DNA of 63,876 bases, filler included, from Octopus bimaculoides (lineage: Eukaryota): NCBI RefSeq assembly GCF_001194135.2. It is 6 parts of 6 records of this genome, joined end to end, with 100 filler letters (N's around TTAATTAATTAA, not from the genome) between each part and the next. Parts side by side here need not be neighbours in the genome. Positions count along the whole stretch, not along the records: positions 62,711 to 63,876 come from NW_026403237.1; 5 more parts are not named here. The stretch is one strand, 5' to 3'. The position numbers were made by a program, and so were the translations under genes. The notes under the pieces are model-generated. The model saw nothing but the letters and a program-made list of their open reading frames with translations. It had not been told where the DNA came from and searched no databases. Of this stretch, positions 62,611-63,876 are shown piece after piece. The stretch's first letter is position 1, and each line of letters starts with the position of its first letter.

Positions 62611-63876
62611 NNNNNNNNNNNNNNNNNNNNNNNNNNNNNNNNNNNNNNNNNNNNTTAATTAATTAANNNNNNNNNNNNNNNNNNNNNNNNNNNNNNNNNN
62701 NNNNNNNNNNGATAGATAGACAGACAGACAGACAGATAGATAGATAGATAGATAGATGGAGAGAAAGATATGTAGATAGATAGACAGACAGACAGGCAGG
62801 CAGGCAGACAGGCAAACAGACAGACTGATAGATAGATAAATAGATAGAATGACAGACAGGCAGACAGACGGATAAATAGATAGACAAATAGATAGGTATA
62901 CATATGTACACATATATTCATACCCACAGAAACGCACAGACAAATGTCGCAGCACATATACACACGCACACATAAACACGTACAAACAGAAACAAGATCT
63001 CACACACAAACACACACAGTCACACGCATACACACCAACATAAGCGATTACATACAACATCAAACATGGTCGTACACATAAGCCTAACGCAGAAAATATA
63101 CCATACATACACATATATATATATATACATATTCGCAAACATTAAAAGAAATACATAGNNNNNNNNNNCACATATATATATATATACATATTCGCAAACA
63201 TTAAAAGAAATACATAGGCTGACATTGTCTACAAACAGACGTACGTTCCTAGATTTGTTGTCTACAAACGGTCATACATCCCTAGATACACGTAGAAATG
63301 TTTATTGGCGTACATAGATATTTCAGGCATACATTGATATGTGCACAACTACATACATACTTACATACACACTGACACGGAAATACATACATGCATACAT
63401 ACATACATATAGTCATACTTACATATATACATGTATACATACATTCATACATACATGCATACATTCATATGTGCATAACTACATGTCTACTTACATACAG
63501 ACGAACACATACATACATACATTCACACATACATTCATACATACGTGCATACATACATACATACATTCATACANNNNNNNNNNNNNNNNNNNNNNCATAC
63601 GTGCATACATACATACATTCATACATACATACATTCTTACACACACATATGTACATACGTCTACACATGCACATATACATACGTTAATATATATACATAC
63701 TTTCATTCACGGTTACATACAAATATGTGTGTGTACGTGTGTGTGAGTATACCATAATACATGCGTACACACATACTCACATGCATACATAACTACATAC
63801 GTACATATGTATGTGTGAGAGTATGCGTGTGTGTGAGTATGCGTGTGTATGAATTGTGGTATATATATATATATAT

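Overview
AT-rich, microsatellite- and transposon-dense animal genomic DNA from a gapped draft assembly. The SINE families and repeat landscape look like Octopus or another coleoid cephalopod (inference). One host gene is supported: a + strand, multi-exon, secreted serine hydrolase of the beta-lactamase/PBP family. Its visible exons are 31186-31520, 37839-38102 and 38795-39018, carrying a signal peptide, SxxK and YxN. One internal exon and the 3' exon(s) with the third motif are not visible. The rest is mobile DNA: Penelope-like, RTE and CR1-type LINE fragments, a decayed Ty3/Gypsy pol, many Tc1/mariner/maT copies, a Buster-type hAT transposase between two inverted AT-rich satellite arrays, MITEs and tRNA-derived SINEs. 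The most unusual feature is at 43.3-48.95 kb: at least five rearranged copies of a ~1.7 kb element. It appears to encode one LINE-ORF1/gag-like protein (RRM-like regions, CCHC knuckle, unrecognised C-terminal domain) with no ORF2. The copies are joined head-to-tail through a conserved hairpin-CCAAT-AATAAA-CAGT junction, reminiscent of HAL1/HeT-A-type gag-only retroelements. All alignments and translations were done by eye; no database search was run.
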